64,000 bases of DNA from Octopus vulgaris (taxonomy: Eukaryota): NCBI GenBank assembly GCA_951406725.2, contig OX597815.1, positions 126,914,001 through 126,978,000 on the forward strand, in the 5' to 3' direction. The translations under genes were made by a program, and so were the position numbers. The notes below the pieces were generated by a model, which worked only from the letters and a program-made list of their open reading frames with translations, did no database searches and was not told the DNA's origin. Shown here one piece after another: positions 40,600 to 54,161 of the stretch (its first letter is position 1; each line of letters begins with the position of its first letter).

Positions 40600-43500
40600 C
40601 TTGGGCTAGTTTTTTGAGAAATATGAAATCGCCAAAGCACGATACCATTTCTTGTTGAGGAAATGAATCGAATGACACACAGTCGCTACTGAAAGGTAGT
40701 TATGAAGGAAATGACGGGTTTATTTTTATGAAGGACCGGTAAGGAGGTTCGTTAATGAACGAACTCTTAATGACCCTCACTATCCGCCTTTCATTAAAAT
40801 AGAAAACGTCATGTTACTAAATACAGAAGACGATAATGAATAATGTGAGACTTAAAAGGAACTTAGTCATTACTGAACCAAACGGTTTTATGTCTCAGTA
40901 TCAAGAATCATTAGCTTTGCAATGGATCATAATATTTGTGATTTCTATAAGAATTCAATTGCTACAAATGAGACTTACTGGGTACTTGCATCATAACGTC
41001 CCATAAGTCAAGAATGTTATAACTACAACTGGGAAATATGTCATATGTATAAACTTCATACATCGATGGCAAAAATTATTTTGTGTTTTGACAGTGGATA
41101 TTTCACGCATGGGAAACATCCATTCATAAGATACCTTATTATTTGGCCACAATGAAGAAATTTACCGAATACAAATTCTACAATTATGTATTTATTAAAG
41201 AGAAATGTCTTGATTACGCTACAGATGGACAATATGAAATTGCACTACTAGTAGTCGATGACTTAGCAAAGTCATGTTCTTGTTAGCAGTGATGCAATAA
41301 ATGTTAATAGTACAAGGCGAGTCAACTCCATCGTACTTGATGTTGAAGATATCGATATGCTAAAAGATTTGATAGAAATTAATACCCATCTGTCATATTT
41401 TCAGTCGCGTAAACTGTCAATTGATATTTTTGTATAGGTGAGAAAACCAAACGAATGTTTGGATTCTTAACCGGACCTTAATAATGAATCTACTTGTCCC
41501 CCTATCAGCTGGCATAGAAATTTTGTGCACTGGGGTCGATGGAATTGACCAGCCGCTCCTCAAAATTTCAGGCCTTGTGTCTGTAGTAGAAAAATTAATA
41601 TCCCCAATGGTTCGTTGAGATAGACACAAAAGCTCTATGATATGAACTGCAAGTGTCATTTTTCAACGTGCGATGCATTTTGGGAGACGATGTAAAAACT
41701 GAAATAATCTATCAGAATCATATAAGTCTGGGTGCAGATACTAAGGAGACGTTAAACTTGAAGACCAAGGATCAACTGAAAAACGCAAAGTATAACAATT
41801 CATCCAAATGTATTTGTAAGTGTAACAAAATATCATTTCGAGATCTTACATTTCAAAAGAAATGATTTTTCCCTATTTACGTTTAGTACTGAAAATATTA
41901 GATGTTCATCCACTCTTTAATAAGGTTTCGATTTTGGGTTCAACGCCAGCAATTTTGAGTGGGAAGGAGATTAGTCGGTACCACCAACCTCAGTACTTAA
42001 ATGATACTTTATTTCATTAACCCAGAGAAGATGCAAGACAGATATGCAAAGTACTTTCCAGACGCTCAAACGATTCTACCAGCTTACAACATTCTTCCAT
42101 CTTTTAATAAGAAAAACATTGGATCCCCGTTCAAGACTTCTCAATTTTCATTGTTGCATTTGTCAAAATATTCTAAAACAATAAAACTGTGGCGTTGCTG
42201 AAAATTTGTGTGAGGATGATATTTGATAGCAGCAAAGATGCTACGTTGACAACTGATACTAATGAGCAGTCTATATCGTAAATTGTATCATTAGATAACC
42301 ACCCAATGTTAAAATTTCTGCTCATAGACATTTTGAAATCATCTTGCAAAGACTTTCCAAGGGTTCCATCTTCAAGGATACTCATGTGGGCTGACCAACT
42401 CAAGGCATTCGATTTCAGCATCAAATATGTCAAAGGAAAAGCCATTCTTTATGTCGACGTGTTCTTGTGACTATACTTTAGACGGCAACCGTTGGCCGCG
42501 TATTCGATCTATTGCATTTCGATCAACAAGCTTCAGAAATACTTTATGATCTGATACTAAGCAAATCCTATTGACCTTATCTGGAATAGTGAGCAGAGGA
42601 GCTGGATGGAAGGATGGATGGATGGATGGATGGATGGATGGATTGACTAACTGTTGCAGTACTGAATAACCCTATAAGCAAATTTAGCATAGTTCAACTC
42701 AAGAAAACGATGTTTTTGCAATGGTGGTTGTATTATTCCCTAGAATTAGTCTGGAAGCAAATCGTTAAAAATATTCATGCCGATGTCCATTGTGACCTTA
42801 CTGTTAGATGCAATAGTCCAAAATTTGAAATATTGCAGCCTAGCTTTTCAAGGACTAATTACACAAAAATCATAAATATTCAAAAGTTTTCATGGACCAA
42901 AGAGTTAGATTCCCGGAGTCGTAAATTTATATAGACAATGCTCTTTTAATGATATTGAATTTATACTTGTTTTAGTGTTTCAGCACGACCAGAAATTGAT
43001 ATGAATAAGTTCAACCGTATGACTCAGGTGTTACGAGTAATTTTCTCTCGAAGGAGTGTCCAAAGGGTGAGTATCGGACAACATCTACAAATTCCAAGAT
43101 TACGTTCTCTGTTCTATGCAACAGAAAAATAATTGTATTTCTTAGAAAACGACCCCATGAAATCTGCAATCAAACGGAACTGTAGAACGAATAGTTAAAA
43201 TAGTTGCAATTGAATTCAAGGTGTTTTCTTTTCATTGAGAAAATTTTGAATCGTTTTTACTCCCCGGCAATTGTTCAGTTATCGTAAGGTTGCTCATGGC
43301 GACAGATTAAAAGTCTTACTTTGGTGGGGGCGTCTTGACGAAGTCCTTTTCAATCCATAAAAAGTTATAGAAAGAATAATAGTTCAACACAATAAATTGC
43401 AGATTTCGTGCTGCATGCAGGAAAAAATACTGTTATCATTAAAACAAATGGGGTGCGACTTTGACTCATACAGACCGAATTTGATCTAAACTTAAAACAA
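40600..43500 (+). mobile_element. Highly decayed Ty3/Gypsy LTR retrotransposon (RT, RNase H, integrase)
   Basis: TASVIFQRA and IIYQNHISLGA (YQDD box, ~41650-41740); IFDSSKDATLTTDT and SSRILMWADQLKAFDFSIKYVKGKAILYVD (42220-42460); IVKNIHADVHC (zinc finger); VLRVIFSR and QSNGTVERIV (43030-43200). The left boundary and LTRs are uncertain. Confidence 0.8.
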
Positions 43501-46500
43501 ACGTGGATGATGACAATAGAGAGGGTGTCCATTTTAGTTTTGGGCTTCACTTAGTTTGAGATAAGAAATAATAGGATCAAACATGTTGTGAAAGAGCCCT
43601 TAGGAGAAGTTCTCAGTCAATTAGGGTTAATTAGCCCTCATATTTCAGAAAGGTGGAAAGACATTAGTGGTATAGAGAAGTAAGAAACTGTTATAAAACC
43701 TGAAATCTGAAACTATTAGTATGAATAAATAAATTTGGGCAACCAGTGACTTGTGGACAAGACATGACGGATTACAGCTTGGTATGTCAAAGAGACTCCT
43801 TAACCTATAGCAATTAAAGTGATTCGTGTACACTATATTGAACCTTCAGTTACGAATTGCATTTTATTTGTTATGACAAATAGTCTTTATTGAAATATTT
43901 ATCGTTATATTTTTGTGAATTATTTTCAACATAGCACAGAAAACATTATAGCAATCAAGCAAACAGATGCAATTACCAGCAGACACAGACATTAACAGTT
44001 TGCTAAATACAGAGTAAAATAAAAATGAATACATTTGTAATGTAAACACAAACGTTGTCGATATCCGAAATTTGCACAACCCAGACAATAACAAAAAATA
44101 GCTTTGCCAGTGTTGTAAACCAGAGAAAGATTTTAAACACGAGCCAGGATAATAATAATAATAATCATTTAGCGTCCGTTTTCCATGTTAGCATGACTTG
44201 GATGGCTTGACAGGAGCTGGCAAGGCCAGTGGTGGGTACACCAGATTCCATAGACTTCTTTGTCTTGATTTCTACAACCGGATGCCCTTCTTAACGCCAG
44301 CTACTTTACATAATGTACTGGATGCTTTTTACGTGGCACCAGAACAAGTGCTTTTTATGTGGAAAGAGCATCAGTATTTTTTATGTGGCACCAGCACCAA
44401 TGCTTTTTATACTGCATGGCACCAGCACCAGTGCAATAATAATAACAACAACAACAATAATAATAACGGAAGAAGTATATCTTGAAGCATTTTGTCAACT
44501 TTCTTGGCAATTTTATTGAAAGAAAAAATAACCAAAGAACAATGTGACATAACTTTGCCTCTTAGAAATAGAAACACCTTCAGTATTCCCCCTTTCAAAT
44601 GAAGCCCTAGTTAATCTGGAATAATGTAGTTGTCATTGACCAAATATATAGTATATAGGAATGGATGACCGGACTTCGACATTAAGGACGATTTGAGATA
44701 AAAAAAACTTAGTTGATGCATCACAAATCTATTCAGGTTGGTAAACGGAAATATTTTGGGTGGTGTAATATGATGGTTACTGGCAGAGACAATGTTTCGA
44801 ATGTTGGCCCTTGTCATATCCTGTGCAGCACAGATTGTGGTGGGAGAGACAGAACAGCAGATAATTGTAAAAACAGCAACAAAAACAACAACCAGAACCA
44901 GTAGCTGCTGTTCCCAAAATACCAATTGAAACTTTGATGATGACCGATGGACTCACTTTATTCCAGGTGCCAGTAGTCAACAACCAGGAAACCAGTGATT
45001 AGGAAACTAAAGATTCCTACATCCTGTAAATGTTACTCCATCATCTGAAGAGCAGATTAAGGATAGATATGGGCACCAAATTGTCAGGGAAAGTACAAAG
45101 GAAAGAGGAAGCAATAAAAAAAACCCAATGAACCCAAATTAAAAGATAAACATGGACGAAGAAGACTCTATCTCCATCAGATTGCATGAGGACTATGGCC
45201 TTACAATCAAGTAAAATGACCTGAAATCAAAGATGGGCATTTATTTTGAAGTGTGATTGTGAGAATGGTGCACTGATTTGATTATAGAGAAGAAACTAGG
45301 ACATGAGTTTAAGAGGCATGTAGATGATACAGTGTTACTGTCTTGCTTTGGGCCCTCAACTCTTTGATGAAGTCATAAGGGTATTGCCCTGACAGATGTC
45401 AGGTTTTAAGCATTTTTTAGTCACAGCAGAGCCTATCCCGCTCTTGGTCTGACCATACTTGATTTTTTCGACGAGATGGGGGAGGAAAGAATGAGAAAAA
45501 GTGAGATGAAAAGATGAATGAACTCCAGTAAAGGTGAAGTTCATCTTGACAGGATTTGGATTCAGAGTGTAGAGAGCTTGAAAAATTACCACAAAGCAGC
45601 CTATCTGATGCTCTAATGACTCCAACTGGCCACCTTACAATGCTTCTGAAGACTACACCAATGGTCAATTACACCATAAAACCAACATTCTTAAAAAAAT
45701 CTAAGCTGCTTTATGTACCATCCAACATAATAGGATACTTCCACATGCCTTTAAGAGGCCCAGTTTCCAATATGAGGAGCAGAGGACAGACAAAGTTGTG
45801 GGAGCCTATGACCCAGCCTATCTGGAGGCTTCTCACTTACTGAATTATTTTGAAATTTCTTATTTAAAATTATCTTTTCTTAAAATTATATATTTGTTTT
45901 ATATAATTATCTGATTATTTTGAGTAATTATTTAGTATAATTAAGATATTTCAAATACATCTTGCTATACTGTACATTATCTCTGCATCTCCTCTCATTT
46001 TTATATAACTTTCTTGCTCTCATCCCCACATGTTTTTGTATCTCATTTGTAATGTCATACGTATGAATGAACCCGGGTGATAAAATGTAATCAATTGTTG
46101 GTGATCTAGCATCATCATTAGCACACCAGACATTTCCTAATGTTTAATGGCATTTCTTCTGGCTCTTTAAACTCTGAGTTCAAGTCCCACTAAGATCTAC
46201 CTTGCCTTTTGTCCTTTCAGGGTCAATAAGCACCAGTTGAACACTTTGGTTGATGCATTTGATTTACCTCTTCCCTCTAAAATTATTACCCTTGTGCCAA
46301 AATTTGAAACCATCATCATCATCATTATTATTATTATGACGGCAAGCTGGCAGAATCGTTAGCATGCTGTACAAAAGGTGAATTATCCAAACCCCAAAGA
46401 ATTTTTCTCAACACATGGTTATGATGCCCCACCCCAATCATCATCATCATCATCATCGTTTAACGTCTGCTTTCCATGCTAGCATGGGTTGGACGATTTG

Positions 46501-47020
46501 ACTGAGGACTGGCAAACCAGGTGGCTGCATTAGGCTCCAATCTGATCTGGCAGAGTTTCTACATCTGGATGCCCTTCTTAATGCAAACCACTCCAAAAGT
46601 GTAGTGGGTGCTTTTACGTACCACTGGCACGAGGGCCAGTCAGGTGGTACTGGCAATGGCCACACTCAAATAATGTTTTTTACGTGCCACCTGCACTGGA
46701 GCCAGTCCAGTGGCACTGGCAATGACCTCGCTCGAATGCTTTTTCACGTGCCACAAGCACAAGTGCCAGTAAGGCAACTCTGGTAATGATCACGCTTGAA
46801 TGGTGCTTTTTACATGCCACTGGCATGGAAGCGAGTTAGCTGCTCTGGCAACGATCATGCTCGGATAGTGTTCTTAACGCTCCACTAGCACAGATGCCAG
46901 TCATCGAATCCGTTGCAGTCTAGTCAGGATTTAAGATTCTCTATATTAGTCGTCCACGTTCATTCTTATCTTCGTTGATCCTAACTTAGAGAATGAGATG
47001 TGTTCTATTGCCCCACTCTT

Positions 47021-47042
47021 ATCATCATCATCATCATCATCA

Positions 47043-47088
<46 letters not shown>

Positions 47089-47096
47089 CATTATTA

Positions 47097-47146
<50 letters not shown>

Positions 47147-47186
47147 GTTATTGTTATTGTTATCATTATTATCATCATCATCATCA

Positions 47187-47233
<47 letters not shown>

Positions 47234-47257
47234 GTTATCATCATCATCATCATCATT

Positions 47258-47295
<38 letters not shown>

Positions 47296-47312
47296 TATTA
47301 TTATTATTATTA
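47021..47312. repeat. Compound (CAT)n/(TAT)n microsatellite, tail and target of the adjacent R4 element
   Basis: Read directly. Confidence 0.95.
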
Positions 47313-48422
47313 TTCAGTAGTTTTATTTTTATAGCGTTCTTTCACTTCACTACCGAGCGCAGCTCTGTGTGCCTTAGGTATGTGCTGTGATTTGTTGTGA
47401 TGCTCTGATGGTTATTGTATGGAAAGTGTTCTGCGTAGGATGTGTGCAGTGCCTAGTAGTGCAATTTTTTGTATGTTATATGTGTTTGTAAGTCCTGGTG
47501 TTTTTGTTATGCATTTGTCTGAATATTTTTTTATCATGCCTAATGCACCTACTATGATAGGGATTGTTTCTGTTTTCAGATTCCACATTCTGGTTATCTC
47601 TATTTCCAGGTCTTTGTATTTTGAGAGTTTCTCCATTTCTTTTAGAGACACGTTGTCATCTGCCGGTATTGATACATCAATTAGAAAGCATTTTTTTCTT
47701 CATGATCTCTGACAACTATATCTGGTCTGTTGGCCTTAATTTCTCTATCTGTGTGTATCGGCATATCCCAGAGTATGGTTGTTTTCTCGTTTTCTGTGAC
47801 CTTTTCTGGTGTGTGCCTATACCATCTTTTTTCTGTTGTTATTCCATAATGTTGGCATAGCTTCCAATGTATGTAGGTTCCAACTCTGTCATGTCTGTGA
47901 ATATATTCCTTCTTAGCCAGGACTGGGCAGCTAGAGATAATATGATTTATTGTTTCTTGTCCATCTCCACATATTCTGCAGTTACTTGTAATATTTCTTT
48001 TCATTATATGTTTTTGGTAATTTCTGGTGGGGAGGCTTTGGTCTTGTGCTGCAATTAAAAATCCCTCTGTTTCTGCTTTGAGTCCTGAGCTTCTCAACCA
48101 TTGCTGGGATTTTTCTCTGTCTATTTCTTTTGCGTTTAGTTTAGTCCAGTATTTACCATGAAGGGGCTTTTCCTGCCATCGTTTTATCATGGTTTGTTGC
48201 TGTTCTATTTTTAGTTTGGATTTCATTTGTTTTATAGCTTTTGTTGTTTCTTCATCTTCTTCTTCTTCTTCTTCTTCTTTATATTTGTTAGGTGGTATGA
48301 TTTCTTGTTTGTATTTGTCAGCTTCCTTAAATACTGAGAACAGTTTTTTGTTTTGCTCGTGTTTTGCCGCTATTTGTATCAGTTTTCCTTCCTTCTGAAG
48401 TAGATATTTTTGCAGTCCTATG
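47313..48422 (-). mobile_element. 5'-truncated R4/Dong-clade LINE (CCHC knuckle + restriction-like endonuclease)
   Basis: WQEKPLHG, AAQDQSLPTRNY, CRICGDGQETINHIISSC, RHD, NRPDIVV, frameshift, KLSKYKDL, PIIVGALG; embedded between (TAA)n tracts. Confidence 0.93.
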
Positions 48423-48425
48423 GTG

Positions 48426-48496
<71 letters not shown>

Positions 48497-48749
48497 CATC
48501 ATCATTGTTATTGTTATCGAAGGTGGTGAGCTAACAGAATCGTTAGCATGCTGGATGAAATTGTTAGTGGCATTTTGCCCACCACTACATTCTGAGTTCA
48601 AATTCCACTGAAGTCGACTTTGTCTTCCATCCTTTCAGGGTCGATAAATTAAGGACCAGCGAAACACTGGGGTCAATGCAATTGACTTATCCCCTGCCCC
48701 AAAATTGCTGCCATCGTGGCAAAATTTGAAACCATTTTCAGTCACATTT

Positions 48750-49077
48750 GATTCTTTATTTATTTGTCAGCGGACAAGATATCTCAAGAACTGCTGGATG
48801 GATTCAGATGAAAATTTCAGGGATGTTTGGCTTCGTGACTAGCACGAACTGATTAGATTTTGGGATAGATCCAGTACTGGACAAGGATTCTGGATTATTT
48901 TTCCTGTTTTTTTTTTTACTTGAATTTTGAGAGCGGCCGGGTTCATTTTTAGTATTCTAGTTTGTGAGAGCAGTCAAGTTTATGTTAGATATTCTCATTT
49001 TAAAAATTATCTCTGGCTAATCCTTGAGAGGATGTTGATATTGCTTTGGTGGAGGCACTCTCTGGGTGATCTTGTTA
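48750..49077 (+). mobile_element. Helentron-associated (HINE/DINE-1-like) non-autonomous element
   Basis: GATATCTCAAGAAC..CTGGATGGATT.AGATGAAA.TTTCAGG, TGATTAGATTTTGGG and a TTGGTGGAGG...CTTGTT end are typical of this class. Confidence 0.55.
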
Positions 49078-49516
49078 TTATTATCATCATATTTATTACA
49101 TGAACTCTATGAACACTTTTTGTGAACAAGGTGAACAGACAGATACACCATACATACACACATGCCATATCATATACAAAGAGAGAGACAGACAGACAGA
49201 CAGACAGACTGGCAGACAGAGAGGGGAGTGTGGGAGAAAGACGGGGAGTGAGAAAGTAATTGGCTTATTCAAACTGTCAATTTGAATATCATCCAGCAAA
49301 ACTTTGAAGTCATTGTCAATAAATTCATTAAAAATATTGAACTCTTCACTTATAGAGTCCTTCACTTAGTTAATGGTCACTGTTTTTATGCATATAAGAA
49401 CACACACTTTTGTTTATATATTGTATATGTATGTGTGTATGTGTAGACATTTTTGTCAATATATCGTATATATATATATATATATTTGTTCCCAAACAAC
49501 ACTTATTTTAGTACTG

Positions 49517-49797
49517 TTGACACCTCTGGATTGAATGGTACTGTCCAGGTGTCAAAACCATAATGATATCCATGGGGCAGCTGATGATGGAGGTATGTCG
49601 GATTGTTGGTATGGCAGTTTTTGCGTATATATGGAATAGTATTATAATACATACTTTTGATATATATATATACATTCTTTTATTCTTTAACTTGTTTCAG
49701 CCATACCAACAATTCAGCATACCTCCATCATCAGCTGCCCCACAGATATCATTTGCTTTCAATGCCTGGACAGTACCATTCAATCCAGTGGTGTCAA
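49517..49797. repeat. ~98-bp inverted duplication with an 84-bp spacer
   Basis: 49517-49615 is an imperfect reverse complement of 49700-49797; the right arm interrupts a SINE tail. Confidence 0.85.
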
Positions 49798-49889
49798 TTT
49801 GACTGTGGCCATGCTGGAGCACAAGCTGTAGTCAAGCGATGTTGGGGGGGGGGGCGGAAAACACAGACACATAAACACACACACACACG

Positions 49890-49928
<39 letters not shown>

Positions 49929-50168
49929 TGGTCTTCTTTCAGTTTCCATCTACCAAATCCACTCACAAGGCTTTGGTTGACCCAAGCTTCTTGTAGAAGA
50001 CACTTGCCCAAGGTGCCATGTAGTGGGACTGAACCTGGAATCATGTGTCGATAAGCAAGTTACTTACCACACAGCCACTCCATATATATTATATATATTT
50101 TTTTTTTTTTTTTTTTTTTTTTACTTGTTTCAGTCATTTGACTGCGGCCATGCTGGAGCACCGCCTTT

Positions 50169-50322
50169 TGAGTACAGCAGGGATCACCACCTCCTGCCGG
50201 AGCCTCGTGGAGCTTTTAGGTGTTTTCGCTCAATAAACACACACAACGCCCGGTCTGGGAATCGAAACCGCGATCCTCCGGCCGCGCGTCCGCTGCCCTA
50301 ACCATTAGGCCATTGCACCTCC
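50169..50322 (-). mobile_element. Young tRNA-derived SINE, family C; degraded relatives at about 13340-13560 and 28960-29140
   Basis: A box TGGCCTAATGG, B box GGTTTCGATTCC, CpG-rich, followed by non-tRNA body sequence. Confidence 0.75.
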
Positions 50323-50339
50323 ACATATATATGTACATA

Positions 50340-50434
<95 letters not shown>

Positions 50435-51407
50435 GTGTGTGTATGAGTATTATATATGTATATATAATATATATATCATCATCATCATCATTTAGCATCT
50501 GCTTTCCATGCTGGCATGGATTGGACAGTTTGACTGAGGACTGGCAAGCCAGGAGGCTGCACCAGGCCCTAATCTGATCTGGCAAGGTTTCTACAGCTTG
50601 AGGTCCTTCCTAATACCAAGCACTCCAAGAGTGTAGTGGGTGCTCTTGATATGCCACCAGCATGGAGGCCAGCCAGACAGCACTATGTGTATATGTTATA
50701 TATGTATGTAACACCTGGCACTTAAATCAGGGGATGATGCAATTTCAAAAATCAATGCCATAAAATTGAAGCTGAGTACACAGAGTCTGAATGAGCCTCT
50801 TCTCCAGCTGCGTTTCATTAAAAGATTTACATTAAAATAGGTTTCATTATCTATATTCATTTACATAACTTGGACATGCTCAATGCAACCCTTGGTATGT
50901 GTGTGTGTGTGTGTGTGTGTGTCTGTAAGTGATTGTGCACATGCATCTGTGTGTGCGTGTTTACTCAAATTTTCCTTCTAAAACTTTCACAGAGTATCAA
51001 ACTGGTGTATGTACTGTGTACATCCAATTGACTTTTGATGTCTTGATTTTCCAGTCCATAATCGAACAGTAATATATATATGTATACAGATAGGTGCAGG
51101 CATGGCTGTGTGGTAAGAAGCTTGCTTCTCAACCAAATGGTTCTGGGTTCAGTCCCACTGCATGGCACCTATAGGCACAGCTGTGGCTCTGTGGTAAGAA
51201 GCTTGCTTTTCAGCCACATGTTTCTGGGTTCAGTCCCACTGTGTGGCACCTATGGGCGCAGGTGTGGTAATAAGGAGCTTGCTTCCCAACTACATAGTTC
51301 CAGGTTCAGTCCCACATAGCCTCAGGCCAATCAAATCCTTGAGAGTGGATTTGGTAGACAGAAACTGAAAGAAGCCTGTCATATATATATATGCATGTGC
51401 GTGTGTA

Positions 51408-51444
<37 letters not shown>

Positions 51445-51692
51445 CATCATCATCATCGTTTAACGTCCATTTTCCATGCCAGCATGGGTCGGACAGTTTG
51501 ACCGGGGTCTGGGAAGCCAGGAGGCTGCACTAGGCTCCAGTCTGATCTGGCAATGTTTCTATGGCTGGATGCCCTTCCTAATGCCAACCACTTGATGAAT
51601 ATATATATATATGTATATGTAATATATATATATATATATAACCCGTGCTAGCATGGAGAACGGACGTTAAACGATGATGATGACGATGATGA

Positions 51693-51745
<53 letters not shown>

Positions 51746-51810
51746 ATCCTAACATGAAAACACAAAGAGAAAACACAACACAAGGGCGTGGAACAAGTAT
51801 AGTATTATTG

Positions 51811-51873
51811 ACATACATACATACATACATACATACATACACATACATGCATACATACATACATACATACACA

Positions 51874-51907
<34 letters not shown>

Positions 51908-52033
51908 CACACATATATATATATATGTATATACATATATATATACCTATATATATGTATATATATATATATATAAATATTTATATGTATGTATACATAC
52001 ATACATACATACATACATACATACATACATACA

Positions 52034-52099
<66 letters not shown>

Positions 52100-52144
52100 C
52101 ACATACATATATATATATATATATATACATATATATATACATAA

Positions 52145-52179
<35 letters not shown>

Positions 52180-52180
52180 C

Positions 52181-52220
<40 letters not shown>
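51811..52220. repeat. Compound (CATA)n/(TA)n microsatellite
   Basis: Read directly. Confidence 0.95.
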
Positions 52221-52222
<2 letters not shown>

Positions 52223-52276
52223 TTGATCGCTAAGTCCACAAGTTTTTTTATTCTCTCTCTTGTTTATTTTCTTATT

Positions 52277-52314
52277 TCTTTCTTTCGAAGAGCATAGGCT
52301 CCAAATGTAAAAGA
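52277..52314 (+). ncRNA. Decayed copy of the minimal variant hammerhead, inside a repeat at ~52222-52405
   Basis: TCTTT-CTTTCGA-A-GAGC-ATAG-GCTC-CAAA-T-GTA-AAAGA; homologous to 56537-56574 with core substitutions. Confidence 0.5.
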
Positions 52315-52417
52315 CTTTTTCACTTTCCTGAGCAACAAACTAATACACATGCTTGTTGTTCATACACCTGTCTTCGTCTGTAGGTTGTCAATAAATTTCA
52401 ACAATATATATATGTAC

Positions 52418-52472
<55 letters not shown>

Positions 52473-52762
52473 ATGTGTGTGTGTGTGTGAGTATCATTGT
52501 GTCAGTGTGTGTGTTACATACATATATATATATGTACATATACACACACACATGCAAACATGTATATTATATGTATATGTGAGTATAAATGTGTTAATAC
52601 ACTTTTATTTTATTTGTTGTTTTTACAGTGTGTTTGTTGCATGATATAAGTGATCGCAAAGGATGAAAAACAAACTTTTGAACATAGAAAGTAAAAGAAA
52701 AGGAAAGAAAAATCAAAGAAAGAAAACAAAAAAAATGGAAGAAAAACATTAGAATTACTTAC

Positions 52763-53049
52763 ACAGTGAAGTGATATATGAAACATCTCCATCCAGTAGG
52801 TCTTTCTAAAAAGTTGTACACTCTTCCTTGGATAGAGGACTTCATACCAGATTTTGCCCTCATGCGTTTTCTAGTAAAAAACAGTCGATTAATTGTCATT
52901 CCAAACTTACAAGCTAGGATGCTATTCCCTCCACAAGTGGCTGTTTCACCCTCTGTGTCAGACCCATTCTGTTCTTGCTGCTCATCACCATGAGCACGAG
53001 GCAGCTGTGTGATTGAAGTAAAATCTAACTGCAATCCATTTGTCGGCAT
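52763..53049 (-). CDS. KCNQ1: First coding exon of a KCNQ1-like (Kv7) voltage-gated potassium channel: cytoplasmic N-terminus to start of S1
   Basis: [24 protein letters not shown] matches KCNQ1 [24 protein letters not shown]. It ends at donor GT|GTAAGT (GT at 52762-52761), phase 2 within the Val codon. In-frame stops upstream of ATG 53049 support it as the start. Confidence 0.92.
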
Positions 53050-53510
53050 TTGTATAGTTCACTGTCGCCGGCACTAGCATTGCCAGACTAGTAGTATGTT
53101 CTCTCATTGTTCAGAACAGCTATATTTGCTTTGTAATGTTGTAAACTTGAGTGACCACATATGCTGACTCCTTCGTCACTTTTTATTATAATGTTAGAGT
53201 AAAAAACATAAGAACATAGTTTATTCGAGAATTTTTTTGTAACAATTTTTTAGTGTATGTCATAAATAGATGGATGTCTGTGTGTGTTTGTTTGTGTCTG
53301 TGCATATGTGGCACAAGAAAGTGTGTTTGTGTGTGTGAACACATACATACATATATATAATATATATATGTATGTATGCAAGTATATATGTATGCAAGTA
53401 TGCGTGTATGTATGTGAGGATGGATGGATAGATAAATAGAGAGATAGAAAGAGATAAATTAAAGTGAATATATATATTCTCTTTATGTACACACACACAC
53501 ACGCACATAC

Positions 53511-53547
<37 letters not shown>

Positions 53548-54049
53548 AGGAAAGAGAGGTGAGTATTGGTGTATGTATAATAACTTCTGCAATGACTCAA
53601 GACCAGCAGAGATTTCTTATACAGGTGAAAAAATAATTTGAGTTCTAAGAAAGTGAAAATGGAAAATGACTATTTACTGAAGTCACTGAAATGGTTCCTG
53701 TTGAGAAATCATAAAGAAAATATATTATTTTATGTTTCATTTTGTTATATTATATCACATATATGCTTTTATATACATATATATATTTATTTATATATAT
53801 ACATATAGATAGATGTATGTATATATGTATGTGCATATGTGCGTATGTTATGTGTGTGTCTACATCTGTGTGTGTGTGTGTGTGTGTAGGATTAAAACAA
53901 AACAATCACATTAGATTAATTATTCAATTACTCAATAACTTTTAAAAACATTAAAGACACAAAAGCTTCGAATGTAATGAAACCATATATTATATTCTAA
54001 TTATATCCATTTGTTTTGTTTTGATGCAAGGCTGTTTAGCTTCAAAACT

Positions 54050-54161
<112 letters not shown>

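Noticed and set aside
46993-47390. Homopolymeric ORFs (poly-I/Y/L/H/M), and the similar YIYI, MYVC and LSIY ORFs throughout the window
   Set aside because: Translations of microsatellites.
50240-50322. tRNA-like sequence with A and B boxes
   Set aside because: No proper cloverleaf or terminator; it continues into SINE body, so it is called a SINE head.
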